From Candidatus Bathyarchaeota archaeon (GTDB lineage: Archaea; Thermoproteota; Bathyarchaeia; Bathyarchaeales; Bathycorpusculaceae): 64,000 bases of DNA. The DNA lies in NCBI GenBank assembly GCA_963826715.1, contig CAWGYA010000008.1:1184001-1248000 (forward strand), in the 5' to 3' direction. Below are positions 40,828 to 50,564 of the stretch, in pieces (within the stretch, counting starts at the first letter, position 1; every line of letters begins with the position of its first letter). A program made the translations under genes and the position numbers. The notes below the pieces were generated by a model. It was not told where the DNA came from. It did no database searches and was given only the letters and a program-made list of their open reading frames with translations.

Positions 40828-41658
40828 TTAGGTTACGAGGTCGTAGCCTCTTGCAGTCACCATTTTGCCATTCACCATTTTCGTAGCAGAGTTGCCTACA
40901 ACGATGGTTGTGACCATGTCGATTTCGCAGTTCACCATGTCTTTTAAAGTAGTGATGGTGTATGTTTGTCCTTCTCTGCCCGCCTGCCGTACGATACCCA
41001 CCAACGTTTTGGGGTCCATATGCTTCATCATGATTTCATAAGCTTTCATTAATGGTTCTATTCGTCCCTGGCTTTGGGGGTTGTAGAAAACTATGGACAT
41101 GTCTCCTTGTGATACGAGTTCGAGTCGTCGCTCGATTTTCTTCCAAGGCGTCAAAAGATCGCTTAGGCTGATGACTGAAAAGTCACTCACCAATGGGGCG
41201 CCGAGGATTGCAGAAGCTGCAGTTGCTGCGGTTACACCGGGCACGATTTCCACGGGCACTTTAGCTTGGTCTCTTTCTACGACTTCTAACACGATGCCTG
41301 CCATACCGTACACACCAGGGTCGCCGCTGCTGACCACCACAACACGTTTGCCTTCTTTGGCTTTTGCGACGGCAGTTTTGGCGCGATCTACTTCTTTACC
41401 CATGGTTCCAGAAATCACTTCAGCGTTTTTCTTTACAATATCTTGGACAAGTTTGATATACGTTCCATAGCCAACAACAACATCAGCTGCTTCGATTTCT
41501 GCTTTGGCTTTTGGCGTCAGGTGTTCTGGGCACCCTGGACCGATGCCGATAACACTTAAGTGCCCTCGGCTATCGCCACGGTTACTCCATTTTGTTTGGT
41601 TTTCTTTAGAATCAGCTTTGCATTGTTTCCCGCTACCAGTAAGGCTGCTCGTTCGCAT
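40828..41658 (-). CDS. cbiH: Cobalt-precorrin-3 C17-methyltransferase
   Basis: VIGIGPG, SSGDPGVYGMA, ISLSDLLTPW, FYNP, RGY; start uncertain. Confidence 0.92.
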   Translation of the reverse strand: MRTSSLTGSGKQCKADSKENQTKWSNRGDSRGHLSVIGIGPGCPEHLTPKAKAEIEAADVVVGYGTYIKLVQDIVKKNAEVISGTMGKEVDRAKTAVAKAKEGKRVVVVSSGDPGVYGMAGIVLEVVERDQAKVPVEIVPGVTAATAASAILGAPLVSDFSVISLSDLLTPWKKIERRLELVSQGDMSIVFYNPQSQGRIEPLMKAYEIMMKHMDPKTLVGIVRQAGREGQTYTITTLKDMVNCEIDMVTTIVVGNSATKMVNGKMVTARGYDLVT

Positions 41659-42641
41659 ACTCCTCCAACACCAATTTTATCTTGAACCATCGCTGAATCA
41701 GGCGACAGATCTTTATTTGTGACTGAACGAAGTGCATCGACACTTAAAAACTCAAGCGGTGCCCCCAATCTCGCCACGGCATCTATCATGGGCTGAGAGC
41801 TACGTTTAATGTCTACTGTCGCAAACTTGTATACACGTGCCAACGGTATATGCACCCGCTCCAAGGCAGAATCAACTGCTTCTATTATGCTATCTACACT
41901 TGCGTCTTTGCGTGCGCCTAGACCCACTACAATTTGATATGTTTTGAGTATGGTGAAGGGCTTCACGAATTTGGTTATTGTAAGCGGATCATGAGTTATT
42001 ATGATGCCCGCATCAAAACTGTTGAGGATTTCTAATGCCTCTAAGCTGTTCACTGCATTTTTCACATCGTAGCCGCTAAGCGCGTTAGATGGGATTTTTA
42101 CGTTACCCACCAATATGTAAACCAAGCGCTCGCCATTCACAATAGCAGAGTTAACGCCGACTAAGCTGTCGGGGTTCTGGATGGTCAACTGCAGATTTTT
42201 AGCTATTTCCTCCACGCTAAGTTTGCCTATTGAATCAGTCGCGGTCGTTATGACCGGAATAGCGTTTATGCCTTTCGCTATTATGCGGGCTAAGTCGTTG
42301 GCGCCGCCCAGATGACCCGAAAGCAAACTGATAACGAATTTACCTGTAGCGTCAACCCCCAAAACTGCAGGATCAGTAAGTTTACTCTCCAAAAGTGGCG
42401 CAACAGCTCGAATAGTGATTCCTGTAGCCATAACTGAGACTATTCCATCGACTTTGCTATAGACTTCTTTAACAAACTCAGCCAGTTTCTTATCGATTAT
42501 CACAACCCCGATTTGGCTGTACTTTCTCGGGGCATAAGTTGTGCAAGGCAATTCTGCATTATCAAGTGCCTTCTGAATTTTGAGTGCGGTTTCAACACCC
42601 AGCCGTGTAATTGCAACTACAGCTATTCCTTTATCATACAT
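41556..42641 (-). CDS. cbiG: Cobalt-precorrin-5A hydrolase
   Basis: MATGI..R, DPAV, LLSGHLGGAN, VITTATD, GVCERAAL. Confidence 0.93.
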   Translation of the reverse strand: MYDKGIAVVAITRLGVETALKIQKALDNAELPCTTYAPRKYSQIGVVIIDKKLAEFVKEVYSKVDGIVSVMATGITIRAVAPLLESKLTDPAVLGVDATGKFVISLLSGHLGGANDLARIIAKGINAIPVITTATDSIGKLSVEEIAKNLQLTIQNPDSLVGVNSAIVNGERLVYILVGNVKIPSNALSGYDVKNAVNSLEALEILNSFDAGIIITHDPLTITKFVKPFTILKTYQIVVGLGARKDASVDSIIEAVDSALERVHIPLARVYKFATVDIKRSSQPMIDAVARLGAPLEFLSVDALRSVTNKDLSPDSAMVQDKIGVGGVCERAALLVAGNNAKLILKKTKQNGVTVAIAEGT

Positions 42642-43406
42642 TTATTCTTCGCCCTTACGGAACCCCGTGGTGAATTTGGGGTCATAAAGCTTCGACAAAT
42701 CATATGCTTTGGGATCCAAAACTTTTCCAACAAAAATCAACGCGGTCTCTGTAATATTTTCTGCCCGAACTTTCTCAACAATATCTGCTAAGGTAGCTTT
42801 GACAATTTTCTGTTCAGGCCATGTTGCTTTATATACAACTTGACATGGGGTCTCTTTTGGGTACCCACCTTTCTGAAGCTCTTCAACAACACGGGCGATG
42901 TGAGGTGTACCGAGGAAAATGACCATTGTAGCTTGATGAACGGCAAGTTTACGAATACTTTCCGCTTCAGGAACCGGGGTACGTCCTTCTGGACGAGTAA
43001 TAATGACTGTTTGGCTAATATTTGGAAGGGTCAACTCACGGTTTAGAGCTGCGGCTCCGCCAAGAAGGCAGCTGATGCCGGGGATACGAAAATATTCTAT
43101 ACCCTCATTATCAAGTGCCGTCATAAGTTCTTGAATAGCCCCATAGAAACTGGGGTCACCATCGTGGAGGCGGCAAACAAGTTTGTTGGTTCTGGCACCT
43201 TCTACTATAACCTTTATCATTTCAGGTAGACCCATTCCAGCACTGTCATGGAGTTCTACACCTTTTTTGCAGTATTTGAGATATTCTGGATTAAGTAAGC
43301 TACCAGTAAAAATTACAACATCAGCTTGCTCCAGCCATCGTTTCCCCTTGAGCGTGATGAGTTCGGGATCGCCTGGACCAGCCCCTATAAACACAACTTT
43401 ATTCAT
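42642..43406 (-). CDS. cbiF: Cobalt-precorrin-4 C11-methyltransferase
   Basis: GAGPGDPELIT, RLHDGDPSFYGA, SQTVIITR, YKATWPE, SKLYD. Confidence 0.95.
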   Translation of the reverse strand: MNKVVFIGAGPGDPELITLKGKRWLEQADVVIFTGSLLNPEYLKYCKKGVELHDSAGMGLPEMIKVIVEGARTNKLVCRLHDGDPSFYGAIQELMTALDNEGIEYFRIPGISCLLGGAAALNRELTLPNISQTVIITRPEGRTPVPEAESIRKLAVHQATMVIFLGTPHIARVVEELQKGGYPKETPCQVVYKATWPEQKIVKATLADIVEKVRAENITETALIFVGKVLDPKAYDLSKLYDPKFTTGFRKGEE

Positions 43407-44179
43407 ACTCTACAACTTCCGTTGACATATCCATTTTTCCAATGAATAGGTACCTGGCTTTTTTTAATTATTGCAACTGAAAAATAATCCTCAGATATGT
43501 CCCATTCAGCTACTTCGCCTAATTTACCTACCAGCACCTTCTCTTCGGGCAGAGTGCAACGTTTAACCAACGCGATCGTCGAGTTTGAAGTGAAACCTGA
43601 TCTTAACAGAATTGGGATGAATTCTTTGATATGATATGCACACTTCATAAACACAAGATTTTCAGCATGTTTAGCGGCTTCTTCAATGTGAGAGAGACTA
43701 AGGTTTGAAGGAATTATAGTTACCACCTCATCCTTTTCTGCTAACGGCAGCTTAGAAGAAGCAGCAACAGCAGTTACTGAAGTTACCCCAGGGATAATTT
43801 CCAGTTCAATTTCTGGATAAGTCTCTTTTATGCACTCATAGAGGTATAGAAAAGTGCTATAAAGCATAGGGTCGCCCAAGGTAATGAATGCGACATTACC
43901 TTGTTTAGCTTTGTTGGCTACTATACCCGCATTTTCCAACCAGAGTTTACGGTTGTTGAGGTCATCTCTTGTCATGGGAAAAACAAGTTCCAAAATCTCA
44001 GCGGGTTTCAATCGTTCACTAAGGATCGGCTTAACCATGTTGAGTGCCATGCTGGGCTTTTTCGCATGAGATTTAGGAACGCAAATAAAATCAACTGACT
44101 TCAATGCCTTTGCCGCTTTAAGTGTAATGAGTTCAGGATCCCCTGGACCAACTCCGATGCCTATGAATACGCCCACCAA
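43403..44179 (-). CDS. cbiL: Cobalt-factor II C20-methyltransferase
   Basis: GVGPGDPELIT, FPMT, TLGDPMLYST, FMK, YFS. Confidence 0.93.
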   Translation of the reverse strand: MVGVFIGIGVGPGDPELITLKAAKALKSVDFICVPKSHAKKPSMALNMVKPILSERLKPAEILELVFPMTRDDLNNRKLWLENAGIVANKAKQGNVAFITLGDPMLYSTFLYLYECIKETYPEIELEIIPGVTSVTAVAASSKLPLAEKDEVVTIIPSNLSLSHIEEAAKHAENLVFMKCAYHIKEFIPILLRSGFTSNSTIALVKRCTLPEEKVLVGKLGEVAEWDISEDYFSVAIIKKSQVPIHWKNGYVNGSCRV

Positions 44180-44192
44180 TCAAGTGTTCCCC

Positions 44193-44798
44193 TTAAATTT
44201 TAGTTGCTGAAACTATTGTAATTGGATTTCTTGCCAACATCATAGTGCCGCTGTTTATTTGTTTTCCCTTCGACACTATAACACTTGTAATATCGATATC
44301 TCTAAAGCCCAATGACTTTAGTTCCTCAATAGCAATTGTTGCAGTCTCCAAAAGAATAGCATTTACTACAATTCTGCCCCCCTGCTTAAGTTTAACATTG
44401 GCAACCTGAAGAATAGCTCGCAATGCAACGCCACCTCCGCCGACTAAAAAAGCATCGACCTTTGGGAGATTAAGCAGTCCCCCTGGAGCTTTGCCCATAG
44501 AAAGGGAAACAATTCCTTCGACACCGAATTTCTGCACATTGCTTCTAGTTAACTCTATGGCTGAGGCATCTTCGTCTATAGCGTACACTCTGCCTTTAGC
44601 GCTTACTTGCAAAGCAGCCTCAACAGTTAAACCACCTGTACCACAGCCAACATCAACCACAACTGAGCCTTCAGTAAGTCGTGCCTTGCTTATAGTGATC
44701 ACTCTAATTTCTTCTTTAGTTGGACCTGGAACCGCATCGTTCTGGTTAAAAGCTTCATCTGGAATTCCAGGCGTCTTGTATATCCAATTCTTTACCAT
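44193..44798 (-). CDS. cbiT: Cobalt-precorrin-6B C15-methyltransferase (decarboxylating)
   Basis: PGIPD..F, TKEEIR, DVGCGTG, ARNPITI. Confidence 0.93.
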   Translation of the reverse strand: MVKNWIYKTPGIPDEAFNQNDAVPGPTKEEIRVITISKARLTEGSVVVDVGCGTGGLTVEAALQVSAKGRVYAIDEDASAIELTRSNVQKFGVEGIVSLSMGKAPGGLLNLPKVDAFLVGGGGVALRAILQVANVKLKQGGRIVVNAILLETATIAIEELKSLGFRDIDITSVIVSKGKQINSGTMMLARNPITIVSATKI

Positions 44799-44815
44799 AA
44801 ATACTCAACTATCTG

Positions 44816-45481
44816 TTAACTAAGTGGATGCTTGATAACCATTACACATAGAGCCCCATAACTCTGGCTGGCAACCTTCTCCAAGGTGGTTAAGCTAACT
44901 TTTTCGTTTTCTAAGGTCAATTTTTCGCAGATATACACTTGTGTTTGCTTATCTGCCCCCGTCTCTAATAGTAATGCTGCAATGTCTTTAGGCGCAAAAT
45001 CTTTCTGGGCAGGTAGAAGCAAAATATCATATCCACATTGGAATGCTGAAACCAGTTTGCCCTTTTGATCATTGCTCACATCACCTTCATGGAACGTAAA
45101 CAAACGTGCATTATCCCAGCTTAAGTTTAATCTCGCAGCGCAGGCTTGAATTGAACTGACGCCTGGAACAACCGTGATGTCTTCTTTCGGGATTAAACCA
45201 CTTTCCAGCACAGTATGAAGTAAGCCTGAGAAACCTGGGTCACCCGTGGAGAGCAACGCCACAGTTTTACCGTCCCTGACAGCTTGAGCCGCCTTCTTGA
45301 GGCTTTCCAGCAGGTTTTTAGCAGTTAAAACAATTGTTTCTCCATTAATTTCATCGGAAAAAAGGTTAACACTTCTCTGGGCTCCGACAACAACATATGC
45401 TTCCCGCACAACTTTTCTGGCTGCTGGCGTAACATAATCCGGTGACCCTGGTCCTACGCCGACTATGACAAGTTTAGCCAA
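44816..45481 (-). CDS. cbiE: Cobalt-precorrin-7 C5-methyltransferase
   Basis: GVGPG, STGDPGFSG, PGVSSIQ, EKLT. Confidence 0.92.
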   Translation of the reverse strand: MAKLVIVGVGPGSPDYVTPAARKVVREAYVVVGAQRSVNLFSDEINGETIVLTAKNLLESLKKAAQAVRDGKTVALLSTGDPGFSGLLHTVLESGLIPKEDITVVPGVSSIQACAARLNLSWDNARLFTFHEGDVSNDQKGKLVSAFQCGYDILLLPAQKDFAPKDIAALLLETGADKQTQVYICEKLTLENEKVSLTTLEKVASQSYGALCVMVIKHPLS

Positions 45482-46563
45482 GGTTTATCGCACCGCGCAT
45501 TTTGATCCATTCCAAGAACTTTACCATCCATAGCAACAATTACTACACTAATTTTAATTTTATTTTCCACACGGTCGCTGACGCGTTGATGCACCCTCTC
45601 CGCAATGCGGTCATAGGTAGCTTCTATGAGATTTGATTGACGCAGAATCTCTGTAGCTTCATCCGTAGTATTTGCCTCAAGTAGTTGCCTGATACTTTTT
45701 GTATCTGCACCTGCGGCACCTGCGTAGGACGCAATTACTTCGTTGCGTGAGTCGCCCACTTTGTGATGAGTGTTAAAAATTTTTGCTGCCAACTTGACTA
45801 GTTTGCCCGAGTGCCCCAGTAAGATTATTTCTTTGATGCCTTTTTCGACAGCTTTGTCAAGCATGTAACCGACAAAGTCGCCCGTCTGCACAATAGCGTC
45901 TTCGGGCACGCCGAACTGTTGTTTGGCAATGCGTTCCCCTATGTTACCGGGTACAAAGAGGATGCGTTTGTAGCCTCGCGCTATGGCAACGTCGATTTGC
46001 GGTACAAGGGAGCGCCGGCAGGCTTCCAGCGAGAGCGGTTTAACGACACCTGTGGTGCCAAGTATTGATACCCCGCCTTTTATGCCGAGTTTATCGTTCA
46101 TTGTCTTTTTGGTTATGTTTGCGCCTTCGGGTGCGCTGATTAGTATTTCGGCTCCTTTACCCCCGGGCAAGACTTCTTTTACGGCTTCAGTTATCATTGC
46201 TTTTGGGACAGGGTTTATGGCTCCTTCACCTATAGGCACCTGCAAACCTGCCTTAGTGACAATACCGATACCGGCGCCACTTTTAATGGTAATTTTGCCG
46301 TCGTCCGTGAGCTTGACGATCGCTACGATTTCCATTTTGTCGGTAGCATCTATGTCTTCTCCCGCATCCTTAACTGCGATCGCCTCTGCAGAATCCTCCG
46401 AGAGTTTACGGCTGGATTTCACGGGCACCTCAAACCGCAACCCGATAGGGGTTGGGATAACTACCCGCTCCACTGGCTCCTTTAACGCGGCAATGGTGGC
46501 AGCTTTTGCTGCCGCTGCAGCCGTTGCCCCTGTTGTAATGCCGTACTTTAAAAAACGTGCCAA
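45463..46563 (-). CDS. cbiD: Cobalt-precorrin-5B C1-methyltransferase
   Basis: GITTGATA, KDAGED.DAT, AINPVP, GGVSILGTTG, GKLVKLA. Confidence 0.95.
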   Translation of the reverse strand: MARFLKYGITTGATAAAAAKAATIAALKEPVERVVIPTPIGLRFEVPVKSSRKLSEDSAEAIAVKDAGEDIDATDKMEIVAIVKLTDDGKITIKSGAGIGIVTKAGLQVPIGEGAINPVPKAMITEAVKEVLPGGKGAEILISAPEGANITKKTMNDKLGIKGGVSILGTTGVVKPLSLEACRRSLVPQIDVAIARGYKRILFVPGNIGERIAKQQFGVPEDAIVQTGDFVGYMLDKAVEKGIKEIILLGHSGKLVKLAAKIFNTHHKVGDSRNEVIASYAGAAGADTKSIRQLLEANTTDEATEILRQSNLIEATYDRIAERVHQRVSDRVENKIKISVVIVAMDGKVLGMDQNARCDKPWLNLS

Positions 46564-46575
46564 CTATTTCCCTCT

Positions 46576-47649
46576 CTAACCGTACAATTTGCCTTCAGCT
46601 TTCGTAAGGAGGGCATTAAAGACTGCAACCGCTATTGTGCTTCCACCTTTGCGTCCACGAGTAATCACAAAGGGAACTGAAAGTTTTGCTACAACCTCTT
46701 TGGATTCTGCTGCACCTACAAAGCCCACCGGAACCCCAACGATCAAAGCTGGTTTTACTTTGCCCGCTTTGATTTGATCTGCCAATTCGAAAGCCGCAGT
46801 TGGGGCATTACCAATTAGTATGATTGCGCCATCTAGGCCGTCTTTAATGGCTAAACGCATGGCCGCTGCAGATCGTGTTAAGCCTTCCTTCTTGGCAAGT
46901 TCCATTGCCCTTTCATCATTCATATAAGTGACAACTCTGCTACCGAATTTTTTAAGCCGAGCATCGTTGATTCCTGCTTTCACCATTTTTACGTCGGTGA
47001 CAACTTTTGCACCTGCTTTGATGGCGGCTACTCCTGATTTGACGGCATCGTCACTTATGACTAAGAGTTTAGCAAATTCTGGATCAGCGGTAGTATGAAC
47101 AACCCGTTCAACAATTGCCACTTTATCTTCAGGGAGCTTGGCTAATTCGTCACCTATCGCTTCTCGGATAAGCATCATGCTTTTGTCGACTATTTTGCCT
47201 GCTTTCTCAACGCTGTAGGCGTCTACGATTTCACTGTCTTTTTTTATTTCTATTCCGAGGGCTTTTTCAGCTTTTTCTTCTAGGATATCAGCTATGCGTT
47301 CGTCGCTGCCCAATGGTTCGCCGTAGACGAGTTCTATGCCTTTCTCTTTAAGCATAGGTTCTTTTTCTTTTACACCTATTAAATCCGGTATATCTTCGGT
47401 GGTGTGAACTCCAGGGGCAAGGAACGCTGGAACCAGAACAATCTTTACTGCTCCATTAGAAACTGCTTCATCTATTGCTTCATTTACGGTTGGGGTGTCA
47501 CGTATCATAAATGCTATTTTAACTGTTCTAAATTTGCCTCGACTGCGAAGCATTGTTGCGAGTTTTTCAAGGTTTTCTCGATTATGGGGCAGTTTACTTC
47601 CATGCCCAATTAATATCAAACCAACAGTGTCTAAAGCTGTTTTATTCAA
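46576..47649 (-). CDS. Fusion of short CbiX cobaltochelatase and CbiC precorrin-8 methylmutase
   Basis: N-terminal GHGS and PAFLAPGVH; C-terminal RVVHTTAD, GNAPTA, PVGFVGAAESK, GRKGGS. Confidence 0.9.
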   Translation of the reverse strand: MNKTALDTVGLILIGHGSKLPHNRENLEKLATMLRSRGKFRTVKIAFMIRDTPTVNEAIDEAVSNGAVKIVLVPAFLAPGVHTTEDIPDLIGVKEKEPMLKEKGIELVYGEPLGSDERIADILEEKAEKALGIEIKKDSEIVDAYSVEKAGKIVDKSMMLIREAIGDELAKLPEDKVAIVERVVHTTADPEFAKLLVISDDAVKSGVAAIKAGAKVVTDVKMVKAGINDARLKKFGSRVVTYMNDERAMELAKKEGLTRSAAAMRLAIKDGLDGAIILIGNAPTAAFELADQIKAGKVKPALIVGVPVGFVGAAESKEVVAKLSVPFVITRGRKGGSTIAVAVFNALLTKAEGKLYG

Positions 47650-48935
47650 CTATTTTTCCCCGTTTTCTCAAACAATTTAGCCGCAACCTCGATGGCTTGC
47701 TTGTCACCGTTTTTTGCTGCCACCCTAAGATTTTCAACAACTGGAATAAAGGTTTGCTTGAGCAAAATGGATGTTAAATCATTTAAAACACGTTTTTGGC
47801 GCTCATCAAGGTCACCCATCATGCTAAGTGCGGTGACAAGTTCCCTTTGGCGAATCTGTTCAGTTTGAGAGAGAATTTCGGATATGATTAATCGTACGCT
47901 GAAACTCTTCATGTCTTCCTCCAGGATGAGGAGTTCTTCGTCTAGGAGAGTTTGGGCTTTCTCTATAGCTTTTTCCCGCTGGGCTTTATTTTTTTCTGCA
48001 ATCATCTGAAGGTCGTCGATACAATAGAGTTTAGCCCCTCCAACCTCAACTACGGATTTTTCGACGTTTCGAGGGTTAGAGATGTCAATAATGATCATTG
48101 GAGTAGGGTTCTTGCGAAGCGACATTAAATGTCTGATAATTTCTTTAGTTAACAAGTAATGAGGCGCCGAAGTTGAACATATCACTACATCGGCGTCAAC
48201 CATGACTTCATCGAACTTATCCCACCGTACCGCTTGTCCCTTGAGGTCTTCGGCAAGTTTGACCGCACGATCATAGGTTCGGTTGGCTATGAAAATTGGG
48301 CTTAAACAGCGGCGAGCTAAAGCTTTAGAGACAAGTGTGCCGATTTCGCCTGCCCCCATGACGAGGATTTTTTTATCCTCCAAATTTCCTAGTATTGTTA
48401 CGGCTAATTCAACTGCAGCTGAGCCAATAGAAACGGCACCTTTATTAATACCTGTTTTGCTGCGGACTTTTCTACCTACCGTCATGGCTCTGTTAAAGAG
48501 ATGCTTGAGAATTGGACCCAAAGTTTTTGCCTTATCTGCCATGAGGTAAGCGTCCCAGACTTGGTTTAGGATTTGATCCTCTCCAATAACCATGGACTCC
48601 ATACCTGAGGTGACTCTTAGCAGGTGATTGAAGGCATCGTTATCCGTGTTGATTTCTAAGGCTTTTGCCACTTCAGCTTCGTGATCGCCTGCCTTTTTTG
48701 CCAGCCAGTTCTTAGCGGTTGCAGATGTGGTTTTTGCTTCTTCACTGACAAGGTAGATTTCTATTCGGTTACAAGTTTGAAGATAGATGCATTCCTCTAC
48801 GCCCTCTAAGTTGCGTATCTCTTCAAGGGCTTCAGACTTCTCTTTGAAGGCGACTGCTTCCATTAGCATTACACGCGCTGTTTTATGCGTGATGCAAATG
48901 TTGATAACGTGGTCTACCTTCGCCTTGGAATGCAT
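47646..48935 (-). CDS. hemA: Glutamyl-tRNA reductase
   Basis: TCNRIE, SGMESMVIGEDQI, GAGEIG, NRT, DISNPRNV. Confidence 0.96.
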   Translation of the reverse strand: MHSKAKVDHVINICITHKTARVMLMEAVAFKEKSEALEEIRNLEGVEECIYLQTCNRIEIYLVSEEAKTTSATAKNWLAKKAGDHEAEVAKALEINTDNDAFNHLLRVTSGMESMVIGEDQILNQVWDAYLMADKAKTLGPILKHLFNRAMTVGRKVRSKTGINKGAVSIGSAAVELAVTILGNLEDKKILVMGAGEIGTLVSKALARRCLSPIFIANRTYDRAVKLAEDLKGQAVRWDKFDEVMVDADVVICSTSAPHYLLTKEIIRHLMSLRKNPTPMIIIDISNPRNVEKSVVEVGGAKLYCIDDLQMIAEKNKAQREKAIEKAQTLLDEELLILEEDMKSFSVRLIISEILSQTEQIRQRELVTALSMMGDLDERQKRVLNDLTSILLKQTFIPVVENLRVAAKNGDKQAIEVAAKLFEKTGKNS

Positions 48936-48998
48936 GGTTGGATAAACCGACCGGCTTAAATATAACGTTTACGGTAAATACAATTCAGGGCTCTTTGG

Positions 48999-50564
48999 TT
49001 GATTTTACATCACAAAATTGGTCTAATTTATCTTCCAGGTGCGCTTCCATGCTTTGAAGACTTCGGGAACCTCCCAACCCATATAGTAACCGCCGATGCT
49101 CAAGTCAACGGCAAGCCCGCATCGGAGGTTTTAGACATGCTTATTATTCCAGGCGGTAGTTTGGTTGAATCCCAAAGCGTTAACCCCCAAGTTACCCGCG
49201 AAATTATGAAGATGGCAGAATCGGGCAAGTTCGTGCTGGGGGTCTGCTCGGGATTTCAGGTTTTGGCAAAAGAAACTGATGTCGGACGCCTTTCGACAAT
49301 TCCTATCACACGCGCGGGGATGGGGTTACTGGACGCCGAATTCAAACCGCTCGTTTGCACTGACCGTGTTACTGCCAGCGTAGTCGACAAGAGCTTCATA
49401 ACACAGGAACTTGGAAAAGAGGTCTCAGGTTTTCACTGCCACACTTATGGGCAGATTGTGCTCCATGGTGGCTCCAAACCAATCATAATAACTCACGCCA
49501 AACGCGTTAATTACAAAAAAAACCCACAGGAACTGATTTCTGGTGTCGCCAACAAAGAAGGCAACGTAGTAGGAGTATTCATCCACTCACTGCTCGACCA
49601 GAACCCAACAATTATTGAAAGTATCCAAAAATCACTTGACATCAACCAGCTTGAGCTCGATGCTATCCGGCAAGAAAACTCTAAACTCTTGGAGAAAATC
49701 AAAGGCGAAGTCGGCATAGCAACCAATATCCGCCAAAAAACATCAATTGCTCAAAAATCATCCAAGTTAATCATGGTCACCGCATTAGGCAGTGGCTCAG
49801 GTAAAACCTTCATCGTAACAGGTATCGCAGGAGCCCTGAAGAAGCGAGGTTTCAAAGTTGGCGTCATAAAAGTGGGCGGAGACATCCGCGACGCTGTGCC
49901 ATCGCTTTACCTACTCAAGGAGCCAATTAAGGAGTTTTCATCAATTAAAATTGGAGAGAGCGGCTGGACTCCACTGGAACAAGCAGTTATGGACGCGAGC
50001 AAAATATACGATTTCCTGCTTGTAGAGGGTGCAATGAGTGCATTTACTGGGCTGCTTAACGATAATTTTAAGCGTCCCATGTCCACAGCTGAGGTTGCGG
50101 CTGCCCTTGGAGCTTCCACCATAGTTGTTGTGGGCTGCGATAAGGAAGGCTTAGAGGGAGCTCTAATTAGCACTTTAAATTATGTGAACACACTTCGGAA
50201 CCTTGACGTGAATATGAAGGGTGTAATACTAAATAAGCTGCGAATTAGCTACATAACAGACGAAACGAAACAGATGATGAAGCAAGCATTCGCCAAAGCA
50301 GGTGTGGAGCTGCTGGGCATGGTTCCCCGTCTAGACTTAGAAGGCAGAGGTATGATCCCAGAAATCGAAATCCGCTACGAAGACTTTGGAGCCCAAGCCA
50401 TTGATGCCGCAGAAAAAAACATCAACCTCGACATGCTAAATCAAATTGCTGCCCCACCCAAATATGCCAAGATAGACTACGATGCGTTCACTGCTAAATT
50501 CAAAAAACTCTTAACCAACAACACTCTTAACGCTTATCAAGGTGGAAACAAAGAAAATTGCTAA
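48999..50564 (+). CDS. Domain-swapped CbiA/CobB-like amidotransferase (GATase N-terminal, ATP-dependent synthetase C-terminal)
   Basis: IPGG, GVCSGFQ, FHCH, IH (class I GATase); then GSGSGKT, KVGGD, VEGAM, GVILNK. Confidence 0.75.
   Translation: MILHHKIGLIYLPGALPCFEDFGNLPTHIVTADAQVNGKPASEVLDMLIIPGGSLVESQSVNPQVTREIMKMAESGKFVLGVCSGFQVLAKETDVGRLSTIPITRAGMGLLDAEFKPLVCTDRVTASVVDKSFITQELGKEVSGFHCHTYGQIVLHGGSKPIIITHAKRVNYKKNPQELISGVANKEGNVVGVFIHSLLDQNPTIIESIQKSLDINQLELDAIRQENSKLLEKIKGEVGIATNIRQKTSIAQKSSKLIMVTALGSGSGKTFIVTGIAGALKKRGFKVGVIKVGGDIRDAVPSLYLLKEPIKEFSSIKIGESGWTPLEQAVMDASKIYDFLLVEGAMSAFTGLLNDNFKRPMSTAEVAAALGASTIVVVGCDKEGLEGALISTLNYVNTLRNLDVNMKGVILNKLRISYITDETKQMMKQAFAKAGVELLGMVPRLDLEGRGMIPEIEIRYEDFGAQAIDAAEKNINLDMLNQIAAPPKYAKIDYDAFTAKFKKLLTNNTLNAYQGGNKENC

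Noticed and set aside
48936-48998. Cobalamin riboswitch ahead of the cbi/hem operons
   Set aside because: The divergent gap is only 63 bp and has no B12-box; it fits just the promoters
46576-50564. Coenzyme F430 pathway (CfbA/CfbB-like genes)
   Set aside because: No cfbC/D/E or mcr in the window; the chelatase is fused to CbiC and embedded among cbi genes, so cobalamin is the simpler reading
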